Position numbers and translations under genes: made by a program. Shown piece after piece: positions 50,798 to 64,000 of a stretch of DNA of 64,000 bases. The notes beneath the pieces were generated by a model. It was given only the letters and a program-made list of their open reading frames with translations. It was not told the DNA's origin and did no database searches. The DNA comes from the human T2T-CHM13v2.0 reference genome, Homo sapiens, in NCBI RefSeq assembly GCF_009914755.1, contig NC_060925.1. One strand, given 5' to 3'. How positions within the stretch are numbered: position 1 is the stretch's first letter; every line of letters begins with the position of its first letter.

Positions 50798-53359
50798 TGG
50801 AGGTGGGGTTAGGAAATCATGCCCAGTGGGCTTGGACATCTATACACATAGACTAATATTTCTTTCCTCAGGTTCTTTCTAGCTTCAGTTTCAATTTAAG
50901 AACACTGAACCCAGGCAGGCTGGGGGTGGGAGTGGGAGAGAAGTAAGGGACTTAACCTCAGGCAAAATCTGTAGTGGTCACAGCCTTGGAGAGGTTTCCT
51001 TTACAGGCGACAAGGCTATCCTGCAGTGTAGTGTTGTAGTCTTTTCAAAGTGATTCCACATTCACTTATCTCACTAGATGACAATAATCACGTGAGGTTA
51101 GATGTTATCTCTGTTTTGCAGATGCGGAAACCAAGTCACAGGGACAAAGTGACTTCCTAAGGTCACATAACTAGTGCTACAGAGTCCTGACCTAAACCTG
51201 GCCATGGCCTTCTGGCCCAGGGCCTTTCCCACTAGACCATGGAGTCCCTATATAGGAGCTGAGCCTTGTGGGGAGCTGTAGGCTAGGGCCACAGAATTGT
51301 CAGGGGTCCAGAGCTCTTTCCATCCCATGACCCCTTTTCTCAGTTCAGGTGCCATGTGTTGAATGATGAGCTCAAGTCTGGTTGGTCAGCACTGGTAGAG
51401 TACCCATTCTACCTCTCAGGAGTATGTGGCCATTGCAAACGGCCTAATTTCACGGAGCTGCTGCTTCCTCAGTTGTGGAATGAGGAAGGATGTACCCACT
51501 GCCAAGCATGCCAGGTGCCAGCCTGCTGTGCAAGGCTCGGTGAGCAGTAGGATGGCTGGGAGGCAGGATGGAATCTGAGAATAGAATCAGTCCACCCGAG
51601 TTCAAATCCTGGCTCTGTACATGGTAAAGCCCTGGAGAAATGTAGCTTCACAGTAATTCGCATGATGATTTGGGGGCCTTGTCCTGAACTGCTTGGCAGC
51701 TGGATGGCTGTGGGTGGGGGACTCCAGCTCTGTGTTGATCTCATGTCTTCGGAGCACCATTTTCTCCTTTGGGGTCTTGGACCGCAGATGGTGCTCCCTG
51801 ATGATTATCTTCCAGGTGTGAATCAGTCCCGCTTTCTGAGAGGAATGAGTACCATCAGTGAGCTTTGGGCAAGGTTTGGGAACCACTTCCATGGTTCTAG
51901 CCAAGGCTAGAGTGACCCTTATCAGGAACTTCTCTGGAGGCCAGCAGCAGAAAGCATTTGGGGATTAGGGAGAGCTTCTTTGGCCAAATAATTAACTTCC
52001 TTTTTTGGGAGCCAGGCCATTTCCCTTCTCCCTGCCTCCTAGGTTCCTCTTTGTCACTTCCACCCCCAGGTCAAGTGACAGGTAGGAGGGTGTTTGATGA
52101 GGGTCTGATGGTGAGGAGGTGGCAGACAGTGCCAAGGTCAAACAGCATATTCCGTGGTCTACAGAAGTGTGCTGTGCAGGCGGCTCCACCTGCCCCATTA
52201 GTAGCAAATGTTAATCATTAAAACAAAGAGAAAAGAGAACCGTCTTGAGGACAAGGACCTGGTGTGAGGCTCTGCCCCACCACTTAGGAGTGTATATTTT
52301 AAAGCAAATCATTGGATTTTATGACTCAGCTTTCTAATCTATAAAATGGGTAAAAATAATAGTAATTCCCATCTCAAAGATTATACTGAGAACTAAATAA
52401 GGTAGTAACAGTGAAAGCACTTTGTAAATTGTAATTGTAAATTGTAAAATGACAAAAATCTCCCTTTACGTTTTCCTCCCCTCTGCTCCACACATAAACC
52501 CAATATAACATGCTTGTAGAAAGCATGTTTCACGTAAAGAACTGCAGGAGGAATTCTCAGCTCACTATTCTCCCCTTCTGCTCAGCCCAGTCCTGACTCC
52601 ATGCCTTCATCCTTGTTTTGCTCTTGCTTCTCATATGCTTTTTACTCCCCCTCCCTTCCTCCATCATCTATTCCTCCCTGCCCATCTGGGAACTATTCAG
52701 ATCCTACCTTGTCCCAGGAGCCTGCCCTGGCCAGTGTCTGAGAGAGCCCTCTGTCTCCCTGTGCTGCTAGCCTGCTTGTGTAGATGCTCACTTTTGTCCT
52801 CAGTTTGGAGCACCAGCTTCCAGGGGATCAGCCTTCACTCTTCAGCTCTCTTGTAAGTTTTCAGGATGCATGACTGTGTTTTGCAGAGCTTTTCCTATCA
52901 GCCTGCTTGGTCTTGGAGGACAGGATTCCCCTACAATCCCACCTGCGTCACCCCAGTGTCCAGCTCAAAGTTGCATATAGGAGGGTGGCTGATGAGGGTC
53001 AGGGTGGTGTTGGAGGTAGTGGGGCAGTGCCAGTTTCAAACAGTGTATCCTGTGGATGTAGAGTGATTATTTGTTAAGCACCTGCTTGCTAAGTAGGTGA
53101 ATGGATGAATGAATGAAGAGTTGTAAGCTCATGAAGGCAGGGAACATGTCTGTCTTATGCACCACTTGGCTAGCCCACCTATGTGCGCAATTCATCTCTG
53201 GTGAGTGAGTGAATGAATGAGTGATGAATGAATGAGGGGTGGCGGTTGGTGCATGGGCTCAGGGCCAGGACACCTGCATTGCCTCTACAGTTCTGTGATT
53301 ACTGACTGCTTGCATTACCTCATCCAGACTCCATTTTTTCATCTGTAATAAGAAAATAT

Positions 53360-53660
53360 GCAGAGTCAAAGGAGCTAGATAAAAAGGATACACATATAGA
53401 ATAATTCTATTTATATGAAATTCTAGAAAATGCAAACTAATCTAGAATGACAGGAAGCAGATCAGCAATTGCCTGGGGATAAGGATGGAGAGGGTGAGGG
53501 CAGAGTTACAAAGGGGCTCAAGATTGTAGGGGTGAAGTTTATGCTTCTTATCTTGATTTTGTGATGGCTTCACAAGTCTATACACTAGTCAAAACTTATC
53601 AAGTAGCACACTCTAAGTTTAGTGTGCGTCATTGTATTTCAACAAATCTGTAAAAAAAAA
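53360..53660 (+). mobile_element. Old L1 (L1MB/ME) 3' end
   Basis: ttctatttatatgaaattctagaaaatgcaaactaatcta...gtcaaaacttatcaa...A-rich tail. Confidence 0.75.
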
Positions 53661-56600
53661 GGCAATCACACAAACAAAAGAAATAAAAGTGCATGGTTTG
53701 CCAATGATTCCTCAAGATTTCGGCAAGGACCAAAGGGGATGGTATGATGCTCTGTAAACTGCATGGGTCATGTGGAAAGAGGGGATTACTCTTGCATAGT
53801 GCTCACTACGGTGCCCAGCACCATGTCTGCTCATGTTGCAAGAGCTCAGCAAACTGTTTAGAAAGAATGAATGTACCCTGGAGCCCAGGGTCAGTCTTGG
53901 TGCCCAGAGACCACCCAGCAGTGCTGTATCCCTGCAGATCAGGCTGTGGGCACTTTACCCTCTCTCAGAGATGTGCACAATGTCAAGGACGCCCCGGGCC
54001 ATGGCAGGCTGGCTCTCTCAGCTTGGTGCTGGGCATTTTGTCTGTTTAGTGGTGGGAGAGAAGCCTCTATTTGCACTGGAAAATATCTGCTTCTCTGGAA
54101 GGGTTTCACTCTTTCAATAGGCTTTTGTACTATAATTAGTATTTCATAAGAGTCAAGATCAGAGTTGTTTCTGCCCCTTGGACTCACAGTCTGGGCTGCC
54201 CCCACTCTGTCCCACACTCTGGAAGGAGACGGACGCCTTGGGTGGGGTGAGTCACTTGATGAAGCTGTAACTTCAGAGCTGGGGTTATTTGGGGACTGGC
54301 TCCCATTGCAACAGGCAGGGGCCTGGAGTCTGCTCTGCGTGACACCCTTTGAGTCTTAGATCTTTTGATCTGCCCAGTGATCCAGGGCCTTGATGGAATT
54401 GCCATTACACCAGGCTGAACTCTCACCCATAGCTGAAATGATCATGACGTTCAAGAGTCTTCCATAACGTCCGATTCTACATGTAATCTCTGTGCTTGCC
54501 TGGCACAGTGCTGAGACAGTGCACCTGGCTGAAACAGATCTCTTTTCCTTGCTGAACATACTTGTACTTTCCTCCCTCCAGGCCACCATGTGGGCAGGTC
54601 CTGCCACCTGCATACTTCACTTCTAACCTCACCTGAAGGTGAAGCTTTCTCTAAGGACTCCAGGTGAAGGCACTCTTGCCCTTCTGAGCACCCCCTGGAA
54701 GTTGTCTACATTTCCTTCTCGGCATTTTATTTGATTCATGTTTTATCTCCTAGAACTTTGTCATCTTTGGGTCCCTCAGCATCTGGCATGTGGGAACAGG
54801 CTGGCCCCCTCACTGTCCCGGAGACCCCTATGCTTTCCCATCTTCTGACCTCTGCTCATTGCCCTTCCCTAACAGCCAGACAGGCTTGGGTTTGAATCCC
54901 ATCTTTTTACCCACTAGGTATGTGACCTTAGGCACATCACCACCTCTGTGAACTCTGCTTTCTTCCCCTCTAACTGGGTCTAATCATACCTTTCTTTTGG
55001 ATTCTTGGGGGAAAGAATGAGATAGTGTATAGAACTTTGCCTGGCATGCAGTAGGCATCCCATAGATGGGAGCTGATCTTTTTTGGGAAGCTTTCCCTGC
55101 CCACGTGACACAGACCTCAGCCATCCCAACTGCCCCTCCTGAGCCCTGTAGCTCTTCATGTTGGCAGCCAGACTGAGGATGAGGCTTTATGGTTCAGGTA
55201 ACCTCTTCTCTGACTGGACCAGGCACTTCCTGCAGGCAGGGCATGGGGAGGGGCTCAGCCCTGTGCTTCTCCCAGAACAGACCTGCAGACATCTGTGGCT
55301 AATGTCAGGGCTGTGGACCTGGCTTTTCAAGGTCACAGAGCTATACCAAGCAGGCAGTATCCAGAACCCATTCCATGGCCTTTCCCCATGGGTCAACTTT
55401 GGTTGCCTAGCAACTCCAACACCTCCTACACATTCAGGTGAGGCAGCAGCTGTTCCTTAGTCAGAGAATGGTTGAAATAAGTAATCATGCAAAGACAACA
55501 GTGTGTACTGCATCTCAGGGCCCCAAGGCCCCGGTGACAGGGAGCTCAGATGTCGCAGGGCTGGAAGCAGGTAGGAGGATGAGGGGGTGGGCAGGTGGGC
55601 CTGGCTCTCCGGTCCTTGAGCAAATGAGTGAAGGACTGAAGGAAGGTGGGGGTGAAACGCAAACCGTGACACCTCTTGTGACTGGACAGAAGAGGGCGCT
55701 GCTGTCCTGCTGGAAGCAATCCCTGGGCCATTCCGAGGACCCTTTACTTACCTCTTTGATGCCGCTTTTCTTTCACTTTAGGGTCGGCCAGGCCTCAGGT
55801 CTTGCAGATTCTCCCCAGTGAGTGGCTCTCAAACCTCACCCTTTCTGGTCTCTGCCCCTCTTAGAGCCAAGCCCCATCTCTTCGGCTCATGCTGAACCAC
55901 GGCCCGGCCGGAAGAGTGTGGATTCTGTACCTCTCTGTCTCACGTGGTCGGGATTATGTTGCCTCACTCTCCAAGAACCTCAGTTTCCCCAACCAGGGAA
56001 TGGTAAGATGGGGTCTTAGGCAAGACTCGCTGGCTCTGCTGCTCACTGTAGCCCCTCTGGTCCCTCGAGTGCCCAGCTCCTCCAGCCTTTCTGAGTGGAA
56101 AGCAGAGGTGGCGATGTCAGCCTTAGGGCCATGGAAAGGGTAGAGCTGGAAACTGAGAGCAGCGTCCGTCAGGAGACCTGAATTCAGTGGGGAGGTCAGC
56201 AGGCTGGGTGTGGGGGCTGCCCCTCATCCAGCCTGAGGCAGGCTCTCCATCCTGGTCAGGAGCACAGGCTCTGGGGGCAGACAGGAGGGCCAGCTCCCAA
56301 TCCTGGCTTGGCCACTTAGTGTCTGCGTGACAGAGAACAAGTTACTTATGCTCCCTTCACTTAGGGTTCTTCGTCTTTACAGTAGCCTTGCTAGCACCTC
56401 CCTGGAAAGGGTGTGGTGGGAAAGTGATGTCACATAGAAAGCACGCAGCGTGCAGTAGGCACTCAGCAAATGCTGGCAGCTGCTATCAGTTGGGCCCGGT
56501 CAGGGACCATGGGGGTGGGGATGGCCATTCCTCCTTTTCCTGTCCTGCCAACGGTAAAATGGGTGAGTTTCACCCTTACTAGTATGGCAGCCAGGCCCTT

Positions 56601-58964
56601 TCAGAGGCTGTCCATGCTGATGCTGAGCCTGCTGGGACAGGCATGGTCAGTAAGGGGAAGGCCTCGGGGACCGATGTGCCTGGGCCATCAGAGGCTGGGT
56701 AGAACTTGTACGGCCCGTGCTCTAAGCCCCTCTGTCTGTGGTGAAGCTGCTTCCTCCTGTCCTGCTGTGAGGGGTGAGGTGGTCACTCGGTTACCTACAC
56801 TCCTGCTGACCACACAGTTCCACACAGGATGTGAGCCTCACGATGCGCCCTAAGGAAGGTGGCGATTATTACCCCCATTTAGCAAATAAGACAACTGAGG
56901 TCCAGAAAGCTGTGTGATTGGCTCACAGTCCTTCAGTCACTACGTTATAAAGCTGTGACTCAAACTCACGTTTCTGTCACAGTCCCACAACAGCAGATCC
57001 ACTACCACGTGTGGCCTACTGTCATTCAGCCAGGGGCAGTGCCCACACACATACACAGAGACATGGAGACACACATGCAACACAAACATACAGACACACA
57101 AATAGCCACAACAGACACACTCAGGCACACACCAGCATGGCTATGTGAGTCTTCTCACACAGTCACGGACATATCCATGCTGCACATACAATTACCAAGA
57201 TACCTGAAGACAGAGATAGACACGTGCTGGCGTAAATATGCAGGCACGCATGAGAGGGTTCCCATGCACAAATTTGCACTCCCCAGTACCACCCACGTTG
57301 CACAGATGTTTCTGTTCCAGGTGTGCCCTGACACCCCCTTCTCCCATCTAGTCTCTCTGCCTCTCAGAACAGGAGAATGTTCTGTTACTTGGAGCAATTG
57401 AAAGAAGACAAGGAGGGCTGGAGGGGGCACAGAAAGCTGGTCACGTGACTCTCTTCCTTGTTAGAGTGTCGATGGGCACAGTGTGGGCAGTCTGTCTCTC
57501 TCCCTGCAGGGACTGCTCAAGGACAAATCTATCTTCCTAAAGGGATGAAATGATGCAAGCAAGAGTTCTTTCATTTAAAACCCGAGCAGCAGCAGCGATG
57601 CTGAAAAGAACAATCACGGAAGAATTCATTCCTGCAGGAATGTAAGAGCTTACAATTTAACTGCTATGAACCATGGAGACTGGAACAGCTGCCTCCCAAC
57701 ACTGGGTGAAATACTTTTGCTCTGGAAGCCAACTGGGAGGCAGGACTCCTGGGTTCTTTTTCCTGGACCTCTTGATTTTGTGCACCATCAAGTCCCCATA
57801 TTGCCTTCTTGTTTGCTCTGGAGAGAAGGGAGCATCTGCCTCTGATGGTAATAAATGCAGTTTCTGGATACTGGGAGAGACAACAAAGAAGTAATGGGTC
57901 TGGAAGCCTGAAGAACTTCCTACAGGTTCTGTCTATACATGGTGGTTGGTAGCTGAGGGGCTGGTTCCATCAGTACCTGCACCTTCAGCAATGCAGCTTC
58001 TGCTCAAGTCTATCGTGGGTATTTACCCTTCGGACTTTGGAAAGTGGGAAGCTCATTGCAGTTTTGGGCTGGCCTTCTGCAGAGTTCTGGGTGTCAGCCT
58101 TGCTAAGCAGGTCCTTGGGGAGGTGTGGAGCCAGGAGGGACACTGCAGAGAGCTGGGGCTGAGCTGAACACTCTCCATACACTCACCATGCCCTGTCCTC
58201 AACTAGGTCCCAGTTTCAGCCTCTCACCCTGTATCCAGCTGCTGCTCCCTGAGGGGGCTTCGACAGAGCCCCACCAAGCTTCCTTCTTGACCAGCTCAGC
58301 TCAGCTGTGGGGTATGGGATGGGGAAGGGCAGATTAGCAGTAGTGTGCTGGGGTTTTTGTTCCTGTGAAACCTCTCCTTCCCATCCCCTGAAATATGGGT
58401 TTGTTTTTACCCATTCCCAGGAATGTAAGAAGGAATTATTTTAGATGAAACTGTAAGGTAGGGGACATTTCTAATTAACACTCCACTCTTGCCACCTGGC
58501 CCTCAGCCACCAGTTTTCATGAAGCCAGTTTATCAGCTGGAGAGCATGGGATGTGGAGTCTGTGGACATGAGTTCAGGTTTGCCTCTGCTTCTTGCCGGC
58601 TGTGTAGCTTTAGGGGAGTCACGTTAGCTTGCTAGATCTTAGTTCCTTCATCTTTAAAACAGTCATGGAAACATCTGCCCTGCAGACTATCCCCTGATAC
58701 TCTGTATGGAAGGTTCTTAAAAACATCTGTGTTGAATGAATAGGTCTGAAGCCCATGTGAGATAACAGATGTCAGAATGCTCATGAAAACACAGGGGATA
58801 GATTCACCAGCCCTGAGCCAGGTTTGCCCACTGATGAGGAGCCTTTCTGAACCAAGGTGCTTCTCTGATTTTTCTCAATAACATGCTGCAATTCACCACT
58901 GATAAATTTACCTAAACTTGCCTCATCCCTTCCCAACATCCTCCCTTCACCCTCCCAGGAGGCA

Positions 58965-59195
58965 GTTTATTTAGCACGGTGTTAACAAACATTGACTCTG
59001 GAGACAGCAGGGTTTGCAATATCAGCTCTATAACCAGCTAGTCCTGTGGCCCTGTGCAAGACACTTAATCTTTGTGCCTCAGTTTCTTCATCTGTAAAAT
59101 GAGAATACCTATATCATAGGGCTGTCAAGATAATTAAAGGGGTGAATGTAAAACACAACAGCACCAGACACATGGCGAGCACGATGTAAAAGCTG
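58965..59195 (+). mobile_element. MIR
   Basis: gactctggag...acttaatctttgtgcctcagtttcttcatctgtaaaatg. Confidence 0.8.
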
Positions 59196-61807
59196 GTTAC
59201 AGTGTGTGTAGGAGCCCAGGCCTGGCTGCCCTGGGGAACAGCTGCCTTGCCTGGGCCAGGCTGTGAAAGCATAAGTGGAGCCTTCCTTTGGCGCCCCTGT
59301 GATTATCTGAGCTCACAGTGTCTTCTCCTGTCCCCAGGGTGTGCCCTGGTCTGGTTCTCTGCTCAGGTAAAGGCCTCTTTCTCCCAGACCTTCACACCCA
59401 TCAGTTTCCAAAACCTGTGGGATCTGCCTCCATGAGGTCCCATCTCTGCCCCACCTCTCCCCTTTCTCCGTCCTGTTGCCAGCCATTGTGCAGATGTCAC
59501 TCCTTGCCTGGATTGCTGCCATGGCCTCCTCAGTTCTTTTTGTCCTCCCTATGTGGCTACCAGAGTGCTCCTCCGCACAGCCAGGGTGGGTTAAGTCACT
59601 CCTGCGAAAGGCTTCCAGTGATTCCCTCCACACCCAGCCTGGCACACATCCTGTGTGTGTCTCTGTCTCCCAGGTTGTGGTGGGACCTTGGCCTCATCTG
59701 CTGTCTGCAGCCAACTTTAGCATCTGTGGACACATGTAGCATCCACCAGGGAACTGGAGTGGGGAGTGGACTTGGCCCCTACTCCACCTGGCTGTTGCCC
59801 ACCATACTTTCTTCCTTGCCTTTCTTTCCCTGAACAGCCAGCCCAGGGTGAGGCAAGCAAGCCCTGTGGCTAAGTGTTGACACTGACCAATAAAATGCCA
59901 AATGCCAGCCTCTCCTTTATTGTGAGCACCCCAATCTTGAGTTATTTTCTTGGGGTTACCTCCCTTAAGAACTACACTGTAGCTACGTTCCAGGATTAAT
60001 TAAGCTGCATGAGCTTGAGCATGCTGCTTAACCTCTTTGTGTCTCAATTCCTCATCCATAAAGTGGGGGAAATAATAATGAGTACAGAGAGATTTGGGGG
60101 AAAGATTCATATCTTTGTATCACCCCAGTACCTAATATGTTGCCTTGCACATAGAAGAACATCTGAAAATATTTGTCGAATAATTCATTGATTGGTGCAC
60201 AAAGGCATGAGCTACAGAACAAAGCATCCATGGTGGAATTGCAGGCATTTGCCTGTGGTGGGTGGGGTGGGCAGTGAGGCTGCCTGTGTGCCTGACAAAA
60301 TACCATGGAGGCCATTCTCTATTCTCCTGGCTAAAGTTCTGCTGTTGGCTTCTAAGCCTGTTCTTCTGTTGGGTCTTACATGGGGCTTTGAGCAGAGGAC
60401 TGATAGTGGGCCTCCTTAAATCCCAAGAAGGCTCCAGAATTTCTGGAGCAGAAAGGGGCATGGTGCTTGCGGTTGTGGGGGCAGCTCTGCTTTCTTCTTG
60501 TGGAAAGACAAAGTCCAGACATAGGTGGGGAACTGAAACTGGTGTTCTTAGAAGGCTCAGGACTAAACTAGGAATGTGGGCTGTAGAATAATGTGTCTCC
60601 CTGAGAGTGTGCTGGGAGATGAGCCGATCTGGCTAGCGTTTGCTTATTGCCATGCATGCAATCAAATTTCTGCAGGATGCTCCAGGAACTCCAGGAGAAA
60701 GATATTTGGGGCCCTTAGATATGGTGGTTAAGATCCAGGTGCAGAGATTGAAGTGTGGGGCAAAGGAAAAAAAACGTGTCCAAGAACTCACCAGCAGGAG
60801 CAATAGAAGGGAAGGTGTGTCTTCTTCAGCCTGAGTGAGCCATGGGTGCTCTGGCTGGGTCAGCTCTCCATGGGGAATCTGCTGTTCTCGAGGTAAAGAG
60901 GAGGATTGGCAAGAAGGAGCCTGCCCAGCTGGTGCCTGGGATTCAGAAATCCTATCCTTCTGTGAAACAGGATCTCCCTGGCTGTCTCTGTCTCTGGAGG
61001 AAGCTGGAGAGAGGATCCAGTCGTGGTCAGTGGGCAGGATACAGGGTGGCAGGGCTCCAGGGACAACTGGGCAAAGTGAACTCAGGAAAGTACAACCTCC
61101 AACGTCAGGGCTTAAGGTGCACAGGTCAGATACTGATGCACTCAGGGTTTGAGTTAGCTACTGACTAAGGGTGTTTCCTAAAGCCAGTGATAACATGCAG
61201 GCAGCAGAGGGTGGTGGTGGTGGTGGGCTTGTGTCTCCCAATCATTACCCCTGCTCATAGGAGACCTTGCGTGACTGGCTGATCAAGTCAGGCATCGCTT
61301 TCCTGGTCTCCTCAGTGACTGGCCCCTGCCTGGCACTGAAGAGTTTACGATGGGCCTCCGCCCACCTGCTGCGGGAAGGGTCAGGGTAGAGGATAAAAAA
61401 GGATGCTTGGTTCAGTCCCATGGGACCTGAGGGCTGGAACCTTGGCCTGACTGAGCTGATATACAGAGCTTTCTCCAACTCTAGCCAGACCCCTTCCGGT
61501 TCCCTGGGAGGGCTGCGGCCTGGAGGAGAGACAATGTTGGGAAGGGCTCCCTCCTCAGGGAGAGGACCCCTCCCCACTTACTTCCTTCATAAAACTGTCT
61601 AGTCCTGTGTCCCAGATCCTTGGGGGTGGAGAGGAAGGACACTGCCCCGGCTGTCTGACCTTACCATCCTGAGGGGGTGTATTTGGGTGATAGTATGAAG
61701 GCGAGGCAGAGAGGTGGGATAAGACTGTATGAGAGCTAGAAGACCTGGCATTGAGTTTATAGCATTTAATTGCTGGTGACCTTGAGCACATCCCTTAATC
61801 TCTCTGT

Positions 61808-62065
61808 GGCAGTACAGCACAATGGTTCAGCACATAGGCTCTGGAGGTGATTGTCTGGGTCCAGATCCAGGCTCAGCTACTAGCTGCATGACCTTGGACA
61901 AATTACCTAACCTCTCTGAGGCTCCATTTTCTTATCTATAAAGTGGGAATGAGAATAATAGTACATCCCTCAAAGTGTTGTGTGAGGTTTAACTGAATTA
62001 ATACATATAAAACACTTAGAACAATGCCTGGCCTGGTGAAATCACTCGGTAAACATAGCTGTCAT
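61808..62065 (+). mobile_element. MIR (near full length)
   Basis: ggcagtacagcacaatggttcagcacataggctctgga...accttggacaaattacctaacctctctga. Confidence 0.8.
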
Positions 62066-63504
62066 ATTTTTGAGTCAATGACCTCTATATGTTCTCCGTC
62101 TACTTTCATAGTCAAGAGACCATTATTAGATAATGGACTTAAAGTGCTTTGTAAACTATAAAGTGCTGAAGAGATTTAGGGACAAATGTTGCTATTAAAA
62201 ATAGGTAAAACTGTCTTTGGGGAGCACAGGCTGCACCTTCAGGGCCTCCCCATGTGTTAAGAGCTCCCTGCTCCTCACTGGGTAGCCCTGGGGCTCTTCC
62301 TCTGGTACTGCTCTATCATCAGACCCCATCCCTTCCCCTTATTTCCTTTGTAAAACTATCCAGTCTGGCGTCCCAGGGCCCTGCAGCTGCTGGGTGAGGA
62401 TCAGCTGATCCCATGGAAATTGTGGGTTTTTTCTCGGGAACCTGGAGATGCACAGTGCCTTTTCTGCAGAAGGGGCTCTAATGGCAGGTGTTTTGGGCCA
62501 TGTTGGGATGAGAAACATTTTGCTGTTCCTCATGAAGGAAACTTTTGCTGTTCCCAGCCCATTTTCCTATGCACAGGGCAGCCTCTGTCTTAGAGAAGGG
62601 GTAGTACCCCAGAAAGCCTGGTGACCACCCCACTAATTCCTTGAGTTGAGGTCTAAATTCTGGCTCAGGAATTGTTTGTGGCCCACCATGATTGCTCAGA
62701 TCCCATCACAGCACAGCTCCCCAGGCCAGGCAATAGGGTGGCACAAAGGCCTTTCCTATCAATAGCTGATGAGTCCATTAGTAAATGGTGCACTGTCTTC
62801 CCGTGAGCAATGCCCTCCCTGCTCCCTTGGTCTTTCTCTTTTTTTTTTTTTTTTTTCCCCTCTTGTGACTCCTGTTTGCTGTTGCTTCCCCCTCAGGGTT
62901 ACTTGGTTGGTCATGTCCTATGAGGGGTGGATAAGAGACTAGATCCCAGGGGCAAGGGAGCCAGAACGCCTGGCACACTGCCACTGCCCAGAGGCAGGAG
63001 GCTGTGCCCAGGGACTGTGCCTGTCTTCCTTGCCCCAGGGAGGCCCTTCTTAGCAGGGACATGTATGTGCCAGGGGAGAGAGAGTTCTGGCACTGATCTA
63101 GGTTACCTCTTTGCTTGGGACCTATATTGGGGTTCTCTGAGGAGTGAGCATCTGAAGGGGCTGCCAGCAGGAGAAGAAGGGAGGAAGAAGCAGTGGGTTG
63201 AGGTGCACTCTGCTCACAGTTCCGCTTAGGTAGTTAACATGGATCCGTTTAATCATCCTAAAGCTGTGAGTGCTCTTCAGACATCTCAGTGGATGTGATC
63301 AAGCCAGGAGGAAAGGTTTCTCCTGGGCCAAATGAGTCAAATAGGACAATATCGATTTATTTACTAGGTTCAGCAACATTTGTTGTGCCCCTGTGTGCCT
63401 GGCACTGTGCTGGGTGCTGGGATACAGAGTGGAACCCATTGGCATAACTGAGGCTGTGCCCTGGACATAACTTTGCAATTGTTACTCCGACCTGATTTGT
63501 AGGA

Positions 63505-64000
63505 ATAGCTTTACTTAGATAAAATTGACATACAATAAACTGTACATATTAAAAGTGTACAATTTGATAAGTTTTGACATAAGTATATACCCATGAAGCC
63601 ACCACACCAATCAAGACAGTGGACATCCCTATCACCCTGAAAAGCTTTCTCAAGTCCCTTTATAATACCTGTCACTTCTCCCTCATTCCAATTCTCAGTT
63701 CACTACAGATCTGCTTTCTACAGATTGGATAAAATTTTCTAGGATTTTATATGAGTGGAATCATACAGCATGTATTCTTTTTTTGTCTGGTACCTTTCAT
63801 TCAGAAGAAATATTTTATGATTCATTAATGTTGTTGAATGTATCAATAGTTCATTCCTTTTTATTGTTGTGTAGTATTCCACTGAATGGATATAACACAA
63901 GTTGTTTATCTTTTCATTTGCTGCTGGACTTTTGGGTTGGTTGCAGTTTTTGGAAAGCTGCCGTGAACATTCATGCCTTAGTCTTTGTGTGGGGTTATGC
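63505..64000 (-). mobile_element. Old L1 (L1MB/MC) 3' end running off the window
   Basis: aattgacatacaataaactgtacatatt...tggaatcatacagcatgta...gtagtattccactgaatggata. Confidence 0.8.

Overview
Human-type (primate) genomic DNA, recognisable as the CYMP-KCNA10 interval (chr1p13 from recall). The + strand carries the complete 9-exon chymosin pseudogene CYMP (TATA 11816, ATG 11871, stop 22276, AATAAA 22355). All eight introns are GT-AG, but the gene has a 1-bp deletion (exon 4), an in-frame TAG (exon 5), a 2-bp deletion (exon 6) and a DTG->DTS change in the second catalytic motif. The - strand carries the intronless 511-aa Kv1.8 channel ORF KCNA10 (48292-49827). The rest is repeat-rich (Alu, L1, L2/MIR, MaLR/ERV LTRs, Tigger/hAT DNA elements, microsatellites). 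The most striking unexplained structures are: a near-perfect 46-bp-arm inverted repeat in the CYMP proximal promoter that duplicates a GATA site; two tandem splice acceptors with a uORF directly before the KCNA10 ATG; an old ~350-bp local duplication 4.1 kb apart; signals for an antisense transcript through CYMP; a strong CTCF motif; and an inverted AluY pair. Repeat family names are from recall of consensus sequences, not from a database search.
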